From assembly GCA_002269645.1 (NCBI GenBank), contig NIVC01004182.1, positions 1 to 56,353 on the forward strand: a stretch of DNA of 56,353 bases, in the 5' to 3' direction. Under the pieces are notes generated by a model. The model was given only the letters and a program-made list of their open reading frames with translations. It made no database searches and was not told the DNA's origin. Of the stretch, positions 1 to 12,659 are shown piece after piece. This stretch comes from Macrostomum lignano (lineage: Eukaryota). Positions within the stretch are counted from its first letter, which is position 1. The number at the start of each line of letters is the position of its first letter. Both the position numbers and the translations under genes were made by a program.

Positions 1-2272
1 ATCTCGCCGTGGCTGAACGTCAACTCGCCGCTGCCACTCATAACTGACGCCGGCCTTGGCAGTCATGCCTCGGTCTTCCAGTGCACCGTGGCGATGCCGT
101 CGGCTCCGTTAACCCGGCGCACGGGACGCAGGCCTTGGCGGCTCTCCTTGAACAGGTAGCTGGCGTTCTCAAACTCGAATGTGCCGGCTCTGGAAATTGA
201 AAGCGAGAAAAAACACCACTAGTAACAACCCACTGAGACACTAGAGAAGAGGTAACAACCCACTGAGACACTTGGGAAGAGGTAACAACCCACTGAGACA
301 CTTTGAAAGAGGTAACAACCCACTGAGACACTAGAGAAGAGGTAACAACCCACTGAGACACTAGAGAAGAGGTAACAACCCACTGAGACACTAGAGAAGA
401 GGTAACAACCCACTGAGACACTAGAGAAGAGGTAACAACCCACTGAGACACTTGGGAAGAGGTAACAACCCACTGAGACACTTTGAAAGAGGTAACAACC
501 CACTGAGACACTAGAGAAGAGGTAACAACCCACTGAGACACTAGAGAAGAAGTAACAACCCACTGAGACACTAGAGAAGAGGTAACAACCCACTGAGACA
601 CTAGAGAAGAGGTAACAACCCACTGAGACACTAGAGAAGAGGTAACAACCCACTGAGACACTAGAGAAGAGGTAACAACCCACTGAGACACTAGAGAAGA
701 GGTAACAACCCACTGAGACACTAGAGAAGAGGTAACAACCCACTGAGACACTTTTTTTATTAGAGGCAGGGGGGCTGTGTGCACCCTGGCGCACTTTAAG
801 CGACATAGGCACACAACCGGCGAGAGGCATTACTGCCCATTCCGCCGACTCCCTGAGCAGGCACACAAGCGCGCGGATACGTACGCAGGCACACACTCAC
901 ACAGGAGTGTACAGCGGCCCTAACTTTATATTATCGTTAGGCATGTACACTTTACTGCGCCTTGGGGGGTTGGCTCTCAAGGCCGTTAATTGCACGAGCA
1001 GAGCCAAGCCGAGATTCCAATTCAGCCCCAAATTAATGTGACTGCACTTGGAATCGAGCCTGGGTCGCTGGCACACCAGAGAAGCTGCGCTACCGCTGGG
1101 CTACGGCCCCCTTCACTGAGACACTAGAGAAGAGGTAACAACCCACTGAGACACTGGGAAGAGGTAACAACCCACTCAGGCGCTAGGGAAGGAGTAACAA
1201 CCCACTGAGACACTAGGGAAGAGGTAACAACCCACTGAGCCACTAGGGAAGAGGTAACAATCCACCCAGGCGCTAGGGAAAGGGTAAGAACCCACTCAGA
1301 CACTAGAGAAGGGATAACAACCCACTCAGACACTAGGAAAGAGGTCCCAACCCACTAAGAAACTAGGGAAGAGGTCCCAACCCACTCAGACACTAGGAAA
1401 GAGGTCCCAACCCACCCAGACACTAGGGAAGAGGTCCCAACCCACTCAGACACTAGGGAAGAGGTCCCAACCCACTCAGACACTAGGGAAGGAGTAAAAA
1501 CCCACTGCGATAGCACGAAAAAGACAACAGCCCACTCAGGGACCACAAAAGCTTCGGGTCCAAGAATTCCTTTAAAAAAGTATGAACAACCGCAGCACAC
1601 GAACTCACCATCGTCATTGATAATGGTGACCTGGTTAATCATTTTCGGGCCCAGCTTAACCAGCTGCTGCCCCTTCTCTAAGCTCATCTTAACAAAGAAG
1701 GTCTCGTCCGGCTCCCACTGGTCATCGTCAACGATTTCTACGTCGATGTGCTGCAGAGTCTCGCCGGGTTCGAACACGATGGTTTTCTTGAACGGCACAT
1801 AATCTTCGTCTTTAGTCGCCGTGCCGTCCACCGTTTCAACTTTGATCAGGGCGCGCACCCGGGTGTTGCCATAGCGACGAATGGTCAGGCGGGCCCGCTG
1901 GTCGCTTTCGAGAACGGCCACGCTGGCGGAGGCGAATTCCACCACAGCCAGCTTGCCGCCCTCCGTCAGGGCGTCTCGATCGCGTAGGCTGGCGGCGCTG
2001 TCCGTGACTTCGTCCGCTGATCTGGCCGCGAGGGTGACCAGCTTCTGCTGCAGCCTCTCCGGCAGCTGAACCTCCAGCTTGTGGCCGCCCATCAGCGCCC
2101 GGGTCGCGTTCATCCGGTACCAGGCTCTCGAGTGCGGCAGCCGCTCAGTGAACTTCTTAAGCACCAGCTGCTTCATCTCGGTCTCGGTCAGATTGGGATC
2201 TTTGCCCAGCTGCTTGAGGAACTCGCCGATTTGCTCTTCATCAATGTGGCCATCCTCTGTGGGGCGGGTAGA

Positions 2273-2350
<78 letters not shown>

Positions 2351-2397
2351 GCCTGTCTGTCTGTCTTAGTGTCTGTCTGTCTGCCTGTCTGTCTTAG

Positions 2398-2446
<49 letters not shown>

Positions 2447-5400
2447 TAGTGTCTGTCAGTCAGTCTGCCTGTCATGCTGAAGATTAGTAGATTGTACTTT
2501 ATCACTTTCAAACCATCCGCTGGGTTCTGTTTGCCATGGAAAACAGATGCGATCAATGTTGCCGACAGAGAAAAATGGAAGAGAAGAGAGAGGGCGATGG
2601 CAATATTTGGGGAAGAGAGAAAATCGTTTACCAAGATCAAACACAGACGGAGTGACGGTGAAGAAGCGTGTTTGATGGGTCTCTCGACTCTTTAATTAAA
2701 GTGCGTGGTGAGCATTTGAAATTGTGCCTGTCATCTAAATTATGCAAGGAACTTGAAGTCTACATCTAAGCTCCTCTACCCGCAGTGAGCGCATCGCGTG
2801 CAGTTGAATTCGTGAGGGGATGCTAAATTAGAGCACTGAAGCCAAACACACCGTGAGCCGCAGGTTTGAAATCAATATTTTTAAACCATGGAAACGGGAT
2901 TATCATTGATTTCCATTTTTGCTTAGAAAGTTAGTTAACATGACACTGCACTCCAATTGTACAGGTAAATTAGCCTAGGGATGTAGACCTAAGCAGCAGC
3001 AAAGACCGCAGGGCGGTTTGCCTCATTCTTACCTCTGATGAGAGACGCAGACGACACTGGGTTAAAGAGTGCAAACGGCGTAACGATTTTCTTAGAATTG
3101 CATGACTACGAGCGTAAATAATTAATTGCAAGCACAATAATTGATCAAAAAATATAAAGCAGAAACCCACTGGCATCTCGAACTGGTGACTTTATACTAT
3201 TATTTGGGGTTAGCACCCGTTTGCTGTTAGGGTTTGGGTTAGGGTCATTGCTTTGATACTTGTAGCAACTATAGTAAGTAAAATCACTATAAGAAAGAAA
3301 CACTTTTATGTACTTTCCAGATCTAACACTTACAACCAACAATCCTTTGCCAATTTACTACTAAATAATAATTAATTATTATCTAATAGAGAAAGAGGAG
3401 AGAGGAGAGACGATACAAAAGAGAAGAGAGAGGAGAGGAGTCAGGAGAGAAGAAAGAGAGAGGAAAGAGAAGAAAGGAAAGATTAGAGGAGAGAGGAGAG
3501 GAGATATATTTGAGGAGAGAGGAGAAATGAGAGGAGAAGGGAGAGGAGAAGGGAGAGGATAAGGGACAGAGAAGAGAGGAGAGAGAAGAGAGGAGAGGAG
3601 AGAGGAGAGAAGAGAGGAGAGAGAAGAGAGGAGAGGAGAGGGGAGAGGAGAAGGGAAAGGGGAGGTGAGAGGAGAGAACAAAGAGTGGAAGTTTAGAAGT
3701 TTTAAAGGACCCGAATGACGGAGAGGCAGAGGCCAGAGGACAGAGTTTGCCAACGCATGCAACCTCGTATAAATTCATACATTTACGAATGAATGCTAAA
3801 AAAGTTCCGGGGATTGGAATTCAGTGGGTTAAAAATCCGCGGGTTTCTCAACAGCCTGTTTCCCATATTTTAAAAGCAAAAATTGCAGGTTTCAGATAGT
3901 TTCTCGATAATGCTTTCGCTGTCCAGGTGTGTGAAATTTTTTTGAGTGAAAGGATAAATGCGAAAGCATCTCTATGATGTGTGCAAGTCCAACCGTGATT
4001 GGGGGGCACGCCCTTGAGCCTTTTTGTATTAGCGAGCCCGTTTATCCTTTCCCCGTCTTCTCACTCAATGCTAACAATTGCGTGCCATTGACGCGTCGTC
4101 ATGACAACGCGCGCCGACTCGCGCCAGGAGAGGCGAGGTCTATAGCCTAGAGAATGCCTATTGAGCAACTGAATAACCAGGTGAGAGAGAGTGTGCAGGT
4201 CACAACAATGGGGCTCAGATATAATGCTGATAAGAGGGCTTAGCCAGGATGAAGCTGCTCTACCCGCAGCCTCCACTCAAATGCCTGCAGTGTACGATGC
4301 GCCGCACACTTTAGAATTTGCAGTGATTGGCAAAAATGCATGGGTTTATTCGGGCCGGGTCTTCTGCATGCAGCTTATAGATTGAAATACGGGATGCTGA
4401 GGCGAATGAATTCATAAAAGGCCATCAATACATGCATAGTGACAGCCCAACCTGTTTTTAATCATATTTTTGCCCCTCAAGCTCTGTCGTTGCTAGCGTA
4501 TTTGCTGATCCCCTGACATCCCCTTATTCGGTAATATTAGCAGTGACTCATAGTAATACAAGCTATTCGGAAAGCAAGCTTACTTAAATCCTACTCAAAG
4601 CCTACTCAAATCCTACTCAAAGCCTACTCAAAGCCTACTCAAAGCCTACTCAAATCCTACTCAAAGCCTACTTAAAGCCTACTCAAAGCCTACTCAAAGC
4701 CTACTCAAAGCCTACTCAAAGCCTACTTAAAGCCTACTCAAAGCCTACTCAAATCCTACTCAAAGCCTACTCAAAGCCTACTCAAATCCTACTCAAAGCC
4801 TACTCAAATCCTACTCAAATCCTACTCAAATCCTACTCAAAGCCTACTCAAAGCCTACTCAAATCCTACTCAAAGCCTACTCAAAGCCTACTCAGGTATC
4901 TCTCTGTACACAAACCCCATTCAGTTACTGGCTGAATCAGATTTTCTCTATAGCCGATCAAAGAAGGTTAAAAAACAACGAAGGAGATGCATGCAGCGCG
5001 CCCTTAAAAGGGACAAAAACGAGACGGGGATCTTTCACAAAAGAGAATTCGTAATGCGAGCTGTGGGTGCAGTGCGGCCTTCTTGCAATGACGAGCCGTG
5101 GGGAGGGGGAAAGCCTGTAAGAGGAGGAGAGCAGCGATGGGGCGTGGACCGAATGGTGTCATATCCTCTGCCCGCCCAGGTAAGCACCCATCTATGCATG
5201 CATTGGGCAATAAAGTGCAGTTTGAGATCTTGGCTGACGATAGGTTTTTGTATTTTGCGCGGCTCACTTTGTAGGTGAAATGATGCTGTTTTTTGCTTTT
5301 CCCTTTTTACGTTGTCTTGTTCGCCTTTTCTGTCTGTGCGGTACATCGAATGCTGGGGCTTCGCTTCAGCATCAACAGTCAACACTTGCCTCTATTGATG

Positions 5401-7735
5401 GTCAATTTCACCTATTATTGTACGCTCGTATATAAGGCCAAGCGACATTTGATCTGCTTTTACTCACGCTATCTAACATACAGGATACTTTTTGCGTTAT
5501 GGTTGTGTGCATGCTTTTTTGGACAAGAGAGCTAGAGTCGATGATTCTAAAAAATATCCACGAAGCAAATCAAAGGAAGGCTATGTTGAAAGTAGTTGTT
5601 TGTTCTGGAGGAACACCCTTTGCTTGAAGTCAAGCAGGTTGTATTTTAGTCTACTGACTGGGTTTTAGCCTAGTGGTTAGAGTGTCGGACTCACGACTTG
5701 AAGGTCGGGGGTTCGATTCCCGATCCCACTGGAACAATTCGTATCCTTGAGCAAGACACTTAACTTTGCACTGCTTCAGTTCACGCAGCTGTAAAATGGG
5801 TGCCAGCATTAGCTGGGGTAATTGAGGGTGTGCGTGGCGACCCCCCAGTCCTTGGACTGAACAGCCGCACGCAGCCTTCAGATGCGCCGCGCAATAGCTG
5901 CGGCTGAGCTGTCGGTTGCACATCTGCTCATTAGGGCAGGTGCAAGCAATTATTTTTATTATTAACATTTAACCAACGAAAAAAATGTAACAGGATGGGG
6001 CCGCAGCCCACTGGTCTGGCGCGGCGCTCTGATGTACCAGCGGCCCAGGCTCGATTCCACATTCATTTGGGGCTAAATTGGAGTCTCAGCTTGGCTCTGC
6101 TCGTGCAATTAACACCCTTGAGGGCCAACCCCCTCAAGGGTTCAGTGACATGTACATGCCTAATGATAAATAAAGTTAGGGCCGCTGTACACTCCTGTGT
6201 GAGTGTGTGCCTCAGGAGAGTCGGTGGAATGGGCAGTAATGCCTCTCACCGGTTGTGACAATGTCGCTTAAAGTGCACCAGGGTGCACGCAGTCCCATAC
6301 CTCTAATAATAAAAAAAATTTTGCGGAAGTTTTTTGGCTAGAATAGAACCAAAAAAAATGCTAAAATTAAAACAAAAATGGCAATCGGTTTGTTTTACTG
6401 TATCTATACGGCTTGCCCGTACAGTCCCGGTTCTGGCTGCTAACGCTTCTATCACCCCTCTATTCTTCTGCTTTCAGATTTTGCTTTCAGCTATAAGGCT
6501 TTAATTCAAACAAAGAAAAATTTCACTGAAAAAGTTCATTTGCTACTTTTAGTTGGATTTTTTCAAGGGTAAGATCGATGAACTGCCCTGACTGCAAGGC
6601 TGACTAGAGGTGCTACTTGTAGCCTAAAAAATGTAGCTAAAAGTGCTGATGGCGAAAAGGATAGAGCACAGTGCATACGGGATAGCATGTCTATGAGAAT
6701 ATATGTGACACATTCAGGCATATGGATGTCCATGAGAATATATGTGACACACACAGGCATATGCATGTCCATGAGAATATATGTGACACACACAGGCATA
6801 TGCATGTCCATGAGAATATATGTGACACATTCAGGAATATGGATGTCCATGAGAATATATGTGACACACACAGGCATATGGATATCTATGAGAATATATG
6901 TGACACACACAGGCATATGCATGTCTATGAGAATATATGTGACACACACAGGCATATGCATGTCAATGAGAATATATGTGACACGCAGGAATATACATAT
7001 CCATGAGAATATATGTGACACACACAGGCATCTGATTCTCTTACCTAAAGAGACGCCTTTCTCAGTTTCTACATCGTCCTGCTCGATGCGCCGGCAGCAG
7101 AAGCCTCGGTCCGTCATGAAGGACACAACCACCAGAATGGTGAACAGAAGGAAGGTGACTACGCCCTCCCAGAGGTCTACAAAGTCCGGCGTGCTCCAGA
7201 CGAGGATGATGACTAACCAGAGGTAGGCAAACACTGAGAAGGCGCTGGTTACGCAGAACACGTTAAACTGTTTGATCCGCTTGCCATCAGGGCCAACAGA
7301 GACCACGCACACAGCTGATATCACAAACAAATTGAAGGCGGCGCTTCCAACAATTGTTGACGGGCCCAGTTCGCCTGATTCGAAATTATTGCTAACAATT
7401 TCTATGATGCTCAGCAGGATCTCCGGAGCGCTGGATCCCATTGCCATCAAGGTTAGATTGGCGACTGTGTCATTCCAGATTTTCACTTCAACCACTTCTT
7501 CAGTGCCAGCGTCTGAGTTGAAGATTGTTATCTTCCTAACGCTATTAGTTATCTTTTCAATAGCGGACATGAAAATATCAGCAATTATTGAAATTCCCAT
7601 GAATAACCAGATAAGTCCAATTAGATACAGTGTTGCTCGAACCTCCAGCCTCCAAGTGGACTCATTCATAAATGGTAGAAATATTGTCTTTACATGTGAG
7701 CATGTGTACGTTGTTGTGCAATTTGCTGCTGACAT
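1..7735 (-). CDS. Na+/Ca2+ exchanger (NCX/SLC8 family), 3' end beyond the window; exons 7735-7045, 2256-1609, 189-<1
   Basis: Exon 1 has TM segments and the alpha-1 repeat (ANLTLMAMGSSAPEILLS...GPSTIVGSAAFNLFVI). Exon 2 has HSRAWYRMNATR and a Calx-beta domain (VVEFASAS...EPDETFFVKM...VTIINDD). Exon 3 starts Calx-beta 2 (EPGTFEFE...VRRVNGADGIATVHWKTE). All junctions are GT-AG and phase 1. Exon 3 carries several small indels. Confidence 0.93.
219..752. repeat. 30-bp minisatellite (cactgagacactagagaagaggtaacaacc), homogeneous block in NCX intron 2
   Basis: About 18 near-identical tandem units are directly visible. Confidence 0.95.
753..1113 (-). mobile_element. tRNA-derived SINE, family A (~360 bp), full length, inserted in the minisatellite
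   Basis: On the minus strand: A-box TAGCCCAGCGG, B-box GGCTCGATTCC and an AATAAAAAAA tail. A 12-bp TSD cactgagacact sits at 741-752 and 1114-1125. Near-identical to the copy at 13860-14216. Confidence 0.9.
1114..1530. repeat. Degenerate continuation of the 30-bp minisatellite
   Basis: Same unit with increasing divergence toward the exon 2 donor. Confidence 0.85.
2275..2475. repeat. (TCTG)n/(GACA)n microsatellite next to the NCX exon 2 acceptor
   Basis: Directly visible tetranucleotide tract. Confidence 0.95.
3384..3690. repeat. GA-rich low-complexity tract
   Basis: (GAGAG/GAGGA)n-like purine run. Confidence 0.85.
4585..4895. repeat. 11-bp minisatellite (cctactcaaag/t)
   Basis: About 28 tandem units. 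Confidence 0.95.
5660..5963 (+). mobile_element. tRNA-derived SINE, family B (long form)
   Basis: A-box TAGCCTAGTGG, B-box GGTTCGATTCC, central CCTTGAGCAAGACACTTAAC...CAGCTGTAAAATGGG and an (ATT)n tail. Homologous to copies at 14757, 28082 and 28308. Confidence 0.85.
5996..6318 (+). mobile_element. SINE family A, diverged copy
   Basis: Colinear similarity to 13860-14216, B-box GGCTCGATTCC, A-rich tail. Confidence 0.85.
6685..7031. repeat. 39-bp minisatellite (atgtccatgagaatatatgtgacacacacaggcatatgc) just inside NCX intron 1
   Basis: About 9 tandem units, starting ~13 nt from the donor at 7044. Confidence 0.93.
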
Positions 7736-8766
7736 CTCTGAAAAAAAGTAGTAAAAGTTAAATGAATGAGATTTGCTATTGTTCGCTATTGATTATTTTG
7801 GTGTTGCAAAGTAAAGTATGAAAGCGTAGTATAAATAATTTTCTCGGTTAGCTGTGATCATCATACCTTGTCGTACATTTACTTGCATTATATAATTTTT
7901 TATTTGTGTATGCCGCTGCAAAAACAGGACTCAGCGACAAATCAAGAGGTGTCAAAAATGCATGCGTCATCCAAAAAATAGAGCGAATAGCTATAGTAAC
8001 TCAAACAAACAGAATGTGATACATCACATGTACGAAACGACTATTTTTTGTGTGAATCGTCCAATTTTGTTTATTTTAGGAACCCAAACACCAAAATTAC
8101 TCAAAGAAGCATTTGCTAGCGAGTGTAGAGAATAATTAGTCCGGGAAAGGAGCTGTCCTATGCACCTTATTTTACCGTAGTTTAGTCTTTACCAAACCGT
8201 ATTGACAATTCAACTCAATTGGTTTATTTTACTGACACAAATTACGTTTAGACGACACAAATATTAACGTATCAGAAAAATTGATCTGAAAGTAAACTTA
8301 CTGAAGTTGTAAAATCAAGGCAGGAAGTCTCAGTTATCTTTGAATTTGGTCCGTAAAGTGCCCAGGCGTTCTCGCGTTCATGGCTTCTTATATAGACAAA
8401 ATATATTTAGATTTTAACAATTTCAACTATCGCTAAAAAAATCAGCTTCTTTTTTTATTTAAAAGTTTTTTCTCAGAGGACAAAAAAAGCTAAATACCTA
8501 CTTTATAGTGTTTGGTAAGTATTAATATTGTTGTCTTTGTTATACTTGTTATAACATTTAAAATCCACTGACGCCGACGACGCCATCATAACTAGAAAAA
8601 AAAGAAGAATAATAATAATCGTTGCCTGCCGCCAGCTTTTTTATGGACCAAAAATATCATTACACAATACACACTACTGGCGGCACTAATAGAATTGGCT
8701 TGAAGCGTGACTGATTGCAGAGCCGCCCTATATAAAATTGCAATTGACGCTATAGTTAGTCAGTCT

Positions 8767-8876
8767 GGCTATCCTGTAGTTTCGCACGTTAAATTATTTT
8801 ACGGAATTATTTCGCCCTCTATTCAAGGGTGGTGGGGGGGGGATAATAATTTAACGTGCGAAACTACAGGATAGCC
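8767..8876. mobile_element. 110-bp MITE, Merlin (IS1016/ISXO2-like) type
   Basis: Perfect 32-bp TIRs GGCTATCCTGTAGTTTCGCACGTTAAATTATT at 8767-8798 and 8845-8876. 8-bp TSD gtcagtct at 8759-8766 and 8877-8884. TIRs start with GG and resemble those of the adjacent transposase-bearing element. Confidence 0.85.
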
Positions 8877-9082
8877 GTCAGTCTAAAAGAATGCTAAACT
8901 AAACTAAGCTGGCTGCGGGCCTGCGGCAGTGAGTGCTTTGGCAGTCTGCCTCTGGTGCTGGTAGTGCCGTAGTGGTAGAAGGCCTGTACCTGTTTAACAT
9001 ATTTAACCTAGGCTTAGGCTACGAAGCCATAAAGCATTTAACCCATCTACACACATGTGACATGACATGATATTGTGGATTT

Positions 9083-9574
9083 GGCATAGTTCTAGTTTAC
9101 TTCGTTATATTATTTCATAATTCTACTTGTCTTTACTTCGTTATATTATTTTCATGTATTTTCTTGCATCTGTACTCTTACCACAACCCTTTCAGCCATT
9201 ATGGCTGGTCGCCCAGCTGCACTGACAGTTATTTGTCCTGCAAATAAAATTGTTAATGCTGCCGAGCTTAACGCTGTGGATCCGGCTGACCCAATGGTGC
9301 ACACAAACCGCATCGAGGGGACATGGGCCCTGGCCAAGAGGCGCCTGCGCGCCATGCACAGAATGAGCAACGTGCTTTTTGAGGCCCATCTTGAGGAGTA
9401 CATCTGGCGCCACATGTACCCTAACAACCCCTTCGGCGCTGTGCTGTACTGGGCCTCTGTTTATTATCTTGTTTAGGACTTGACTTGACCTTGAACCTAA
9501 AATTGATAGAAAAACGGGGTAAAATAATTTAACGAAAGGCAGAATAATATAACAAAGTAAACTAGAATTATGCC
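9083..9574 (+). mobile_element. 492-bp internally deleted Merlin DNA transposon with a residual transposase ORF (9201-9476)
   Basis: 32-bp TIRs GGCATAGTTCTAGTTTACTTCGTTATATTATT at 9083-9114 and 9543-9574 (2 mismatches). 8-bp TSD gtggattt. The ORF contains VDP..HTNRIEGTWALAKRRL...HLEEYIWR, the C-terminal motif of ISXO2/Merlin DDE transposases. Confidence 0.88.
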
Positions 9575-10194
9575 GTGGATTTTTAGAATGTATTCCTGGT
9601 ACAGTACTCAGTAGGCCGTAGGCGTAGGCTTAGGCCTAGGCCGCCTATGCTAGCCTTCATTTTTAACTCTCCAAAACAGTTACTGTGTTCTTCTAGGCCT
9701 AGGCCTATTTAACTACATAATTGTAGTTTGTTTGAATCTTCATTTTTTGCTTTCTTAGCTAAACAGTAGGCTATGCCTAGCCTAGCAGCCTAGCTAGGCC
9801 CTACACTATGCCTATGGCCTAAGCCTATAATTTTTGTAGTTGATAAGTCTAACTTATAAACATTATTCATTGTTTATGGGCATATAGCATAGGCTAGCAT
9901 CATATATAGACTTAGGACTTGACCTATTATGCTTACTCTCAGGCCTAATTTCTAACTCTAAAGGCTAAAGCCTAGGTAGGCCTAGTTATAAACAATAGGG
10001 CTTATCATAAGTTAGAATTAGAAACATTTTACTAAATTTTCTGGTGCAAATAATAATAGTTTTGTCTTAGTTATAGGCCTATGATTTTAATTTAGGCTTA
10101 TTAAATAAAATAGTTATTAATATTCATGTGTAATCTTTGAATTTATATTAACCAAATGATACCCATTGGAATAAATTCTCAAAATCCTCAGATA

Positions 10195-10365
10195 CATGCT
10201 TAGGTGCAACCTAGGGATTCACCCGGCCATTTCTATTGGCAACACACACATGTAAGTTGTTATTGGACGGAATAGTAGTCACGTGACTTCTCTTAGCCAA
10301 TAGCGATTTCCATGTGTGTGTTGCCAATAGAAATGGCCAAGTGATTCCCAAGGTTGCGCATGTAT
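10195..10365. other. Large palindrome with a central CACGTG and symmetric CCAAT boxes (MITE-like or regulatory)
   Basis: Perfect 28-bp inverted repeat at 10225-10252 and 10311-10338, imperfect outer arms, central palindrome AGTCACGTGACT at 10277-10288. Confidence 0.7.
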
Positions 10366-12659
10366 ACTCAGATATGTGCCAAGCATCATACACTCTGTGC
10401 ACTAAGCATCCTACAAAGAATGCCAATGGTAGGCCCTTATACATTGGAAAAAGAGCAATTGTGTAGGAGAGAGAGATAGAGTTCTATGAATAAAGTATAA
10501 TGGCAATCAATCAGTGTAGATCTTCTTAGTCTATTAGTATTTATTTCTTGATTAGTATATATCCCCTTGGTCTCCCAATATGTATCTCAACAGGTCTCTC
10601 AACAATAGAAAATCTAAGGTAGGACTTATACCAATATCAATATGGCAGTAAGTTAATGCATTAAATATTTGTTGCATTTCCTTAACAAATATATCTATTT
10701 TATCTTTACTTAATTATTCATTTTGTTATCAGATTGTTATTAAGACAGATTTTAGCATATTATCTTTGAATATAGGCCTACTATCATTTTTGTGATATCC
10801 TACAAGCATGCAATGCCCCTTTAATGCACTACCCTTCTAGTGTGCTATCTCTTAGCCCCTCTAACAGATTATGCTCTATTGGACAATGTTGGGTACCAGT
10901 ATATTAATAAATGTTAATCCATTAATAAGCATTATAACTGTTTAGATTTTTATTAATGTTAATAGGCTGCTATTAAGATTTTTTGCACTAATAGTTTAAC
11001 AAATTTGTGTTAATATTTTTGTACATTAACAACAAATTCATTGTTAACATTAATGACAATATCAATAACCAAAGATACAAAAAAAGAACAAAAATATATG
11101 CCTGATAAGATTATAATTATAATATAAATATATTCAAATTTACCTAACTGCCTAACTTATTTCTTTGTTAACTTTCTGCTAATGCTATTGAAACAACTTT
11201 CTTATTTATACTTTATTAACTAATTAGCTTTTAGTTTCAAATAAGTAAGTTATTTCTTTTACCATATGCATATAGTTAATAATATTATACACACAAGTTT
11301 TTACAATTATTGTTATACTTTTTTAGCTTGTAAACTGCTTGGATCATCTTTGTGTTTCATTAAAAATATGTAAAAGCAAAGACAGTGCATTTTAAGTCTG
11401 TTTTTAGAAAAAAAGTGCAAAATTTATGTTTATTTCTATGTTAACTTTACTATAATAATGCTTTTTAATGATTATCAATTAACTTATATCAGTTAACTTC
11501 ACAAAATCAAGAGTTTATAAGTTAAGAGGTTTTTATGCTAATGCTTTTGTCATTAATGGAAGTTAAGATTTTGATTAATGGTGCATAACACTGCTATTGG
11601 AGAGATATAGTGTTGCATGCCAATATTTTCTTAAGTATATTCAATAGCTATCCATGAAAATGTCACTTTTCCAATGAGGCAAATGATTTAGTTATGACTA
11701 AAAATATGATTTCAGTTAGTTTTATAAATTAGACCTAAAAACAAAATATAATATTTGATTTCTTATCTATTTTTGTAGCTTACCATCAGGGCTTAGTCTT
11801 TGCTATAATTCATGCTAGCTAGATCCTAGATTAGCCAAGTTGGCTAGCAGTTGGATAAGCAATAATTATATAAATAGTACTACATAAAATATAGTTTTTG
11901 GTATCTTATCTAAAGTTAAAAGGACAGGCTGCCTAGATTTAATGCATATTTTTAGATGGCTAGCAACTCAAATGTGGGACTTGAGTCTCAAACTATAGCC
12001 TAAGACACCAAAACTATATTATATATAATACTATTCCTCAATCTTTATCTGAGGATTAAGTATAAGAATTGCCTAAGATTCATTAAAAATAACTTTAGTT
12101 GTTAGGCCTATCATTTATGATATATTTTATATGACTTAGAGTCTTTGTTAGACTTGTTTTAACTTTGAAATAACTTTTAATACCAAATGCTATTTTATAG
12201 AATTGATTAGATAAAACCTGAAATTAAACATACTTTTATATCTATTATGCTAAAATGATTTATCTCTAATAATCTAAATATATTTAGTTATTATAATATA
12301 GCATACATATAGTATATTGCAGTAATTATGCTAATTGCTAAAGGATGCATCATTTATTGATTACAATGTTCAATCTATTTTATATTTTTAGGTTTTCTAG
12401 TATTCTAGTATATATGATTGATAATGATAACAAATATCATGATTTCTGGCCACTGGCCAAATGTTAGCTTAAATTATGCATTTAACAATTGTTGTTAAGA
12501 ATAATGCATCCTGTGTCTGACAAAAAAGCCGAATTTATGCGGCCATTGCTTTTTTAATTGTTCAAATAGATATAACTTTCTCTAGCTAAACTTTTATTTC
12601 TATTGCATGAGCTTGATTTCATCATATTTGGACAGCCTGTCTGCTAGCTGTCGGTTGCT

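Noticed and set aside
3227-3244. TTAGGG-like hexamers
   Set aside because: Only about three imperfect units, too short to call an interstitial telomere.
4991-5385. Short ORFs and a plus-strand GT..AG pair within NCX intron 1
   Set aside because: No recognisable protein motif or terminal repeats, so there is not enough support for a nested gene or element.
5660-5745. tRNA-like sequences with A/B boxes (also ~1040-1111, 13860-13930, 28082-28160, 28410-28480)
   Set aside because: They continue into shared SINE bodies and tails, some have TSDs, and no complete cloverleaf is evident.
9600-12500. AT-rich tract with many TAGGCCTA/CTAG motifs
   Set aside because: No ORF, terminal repeat or periodic unit could be defined, so it is left as uncharacterised intergenic DNA.
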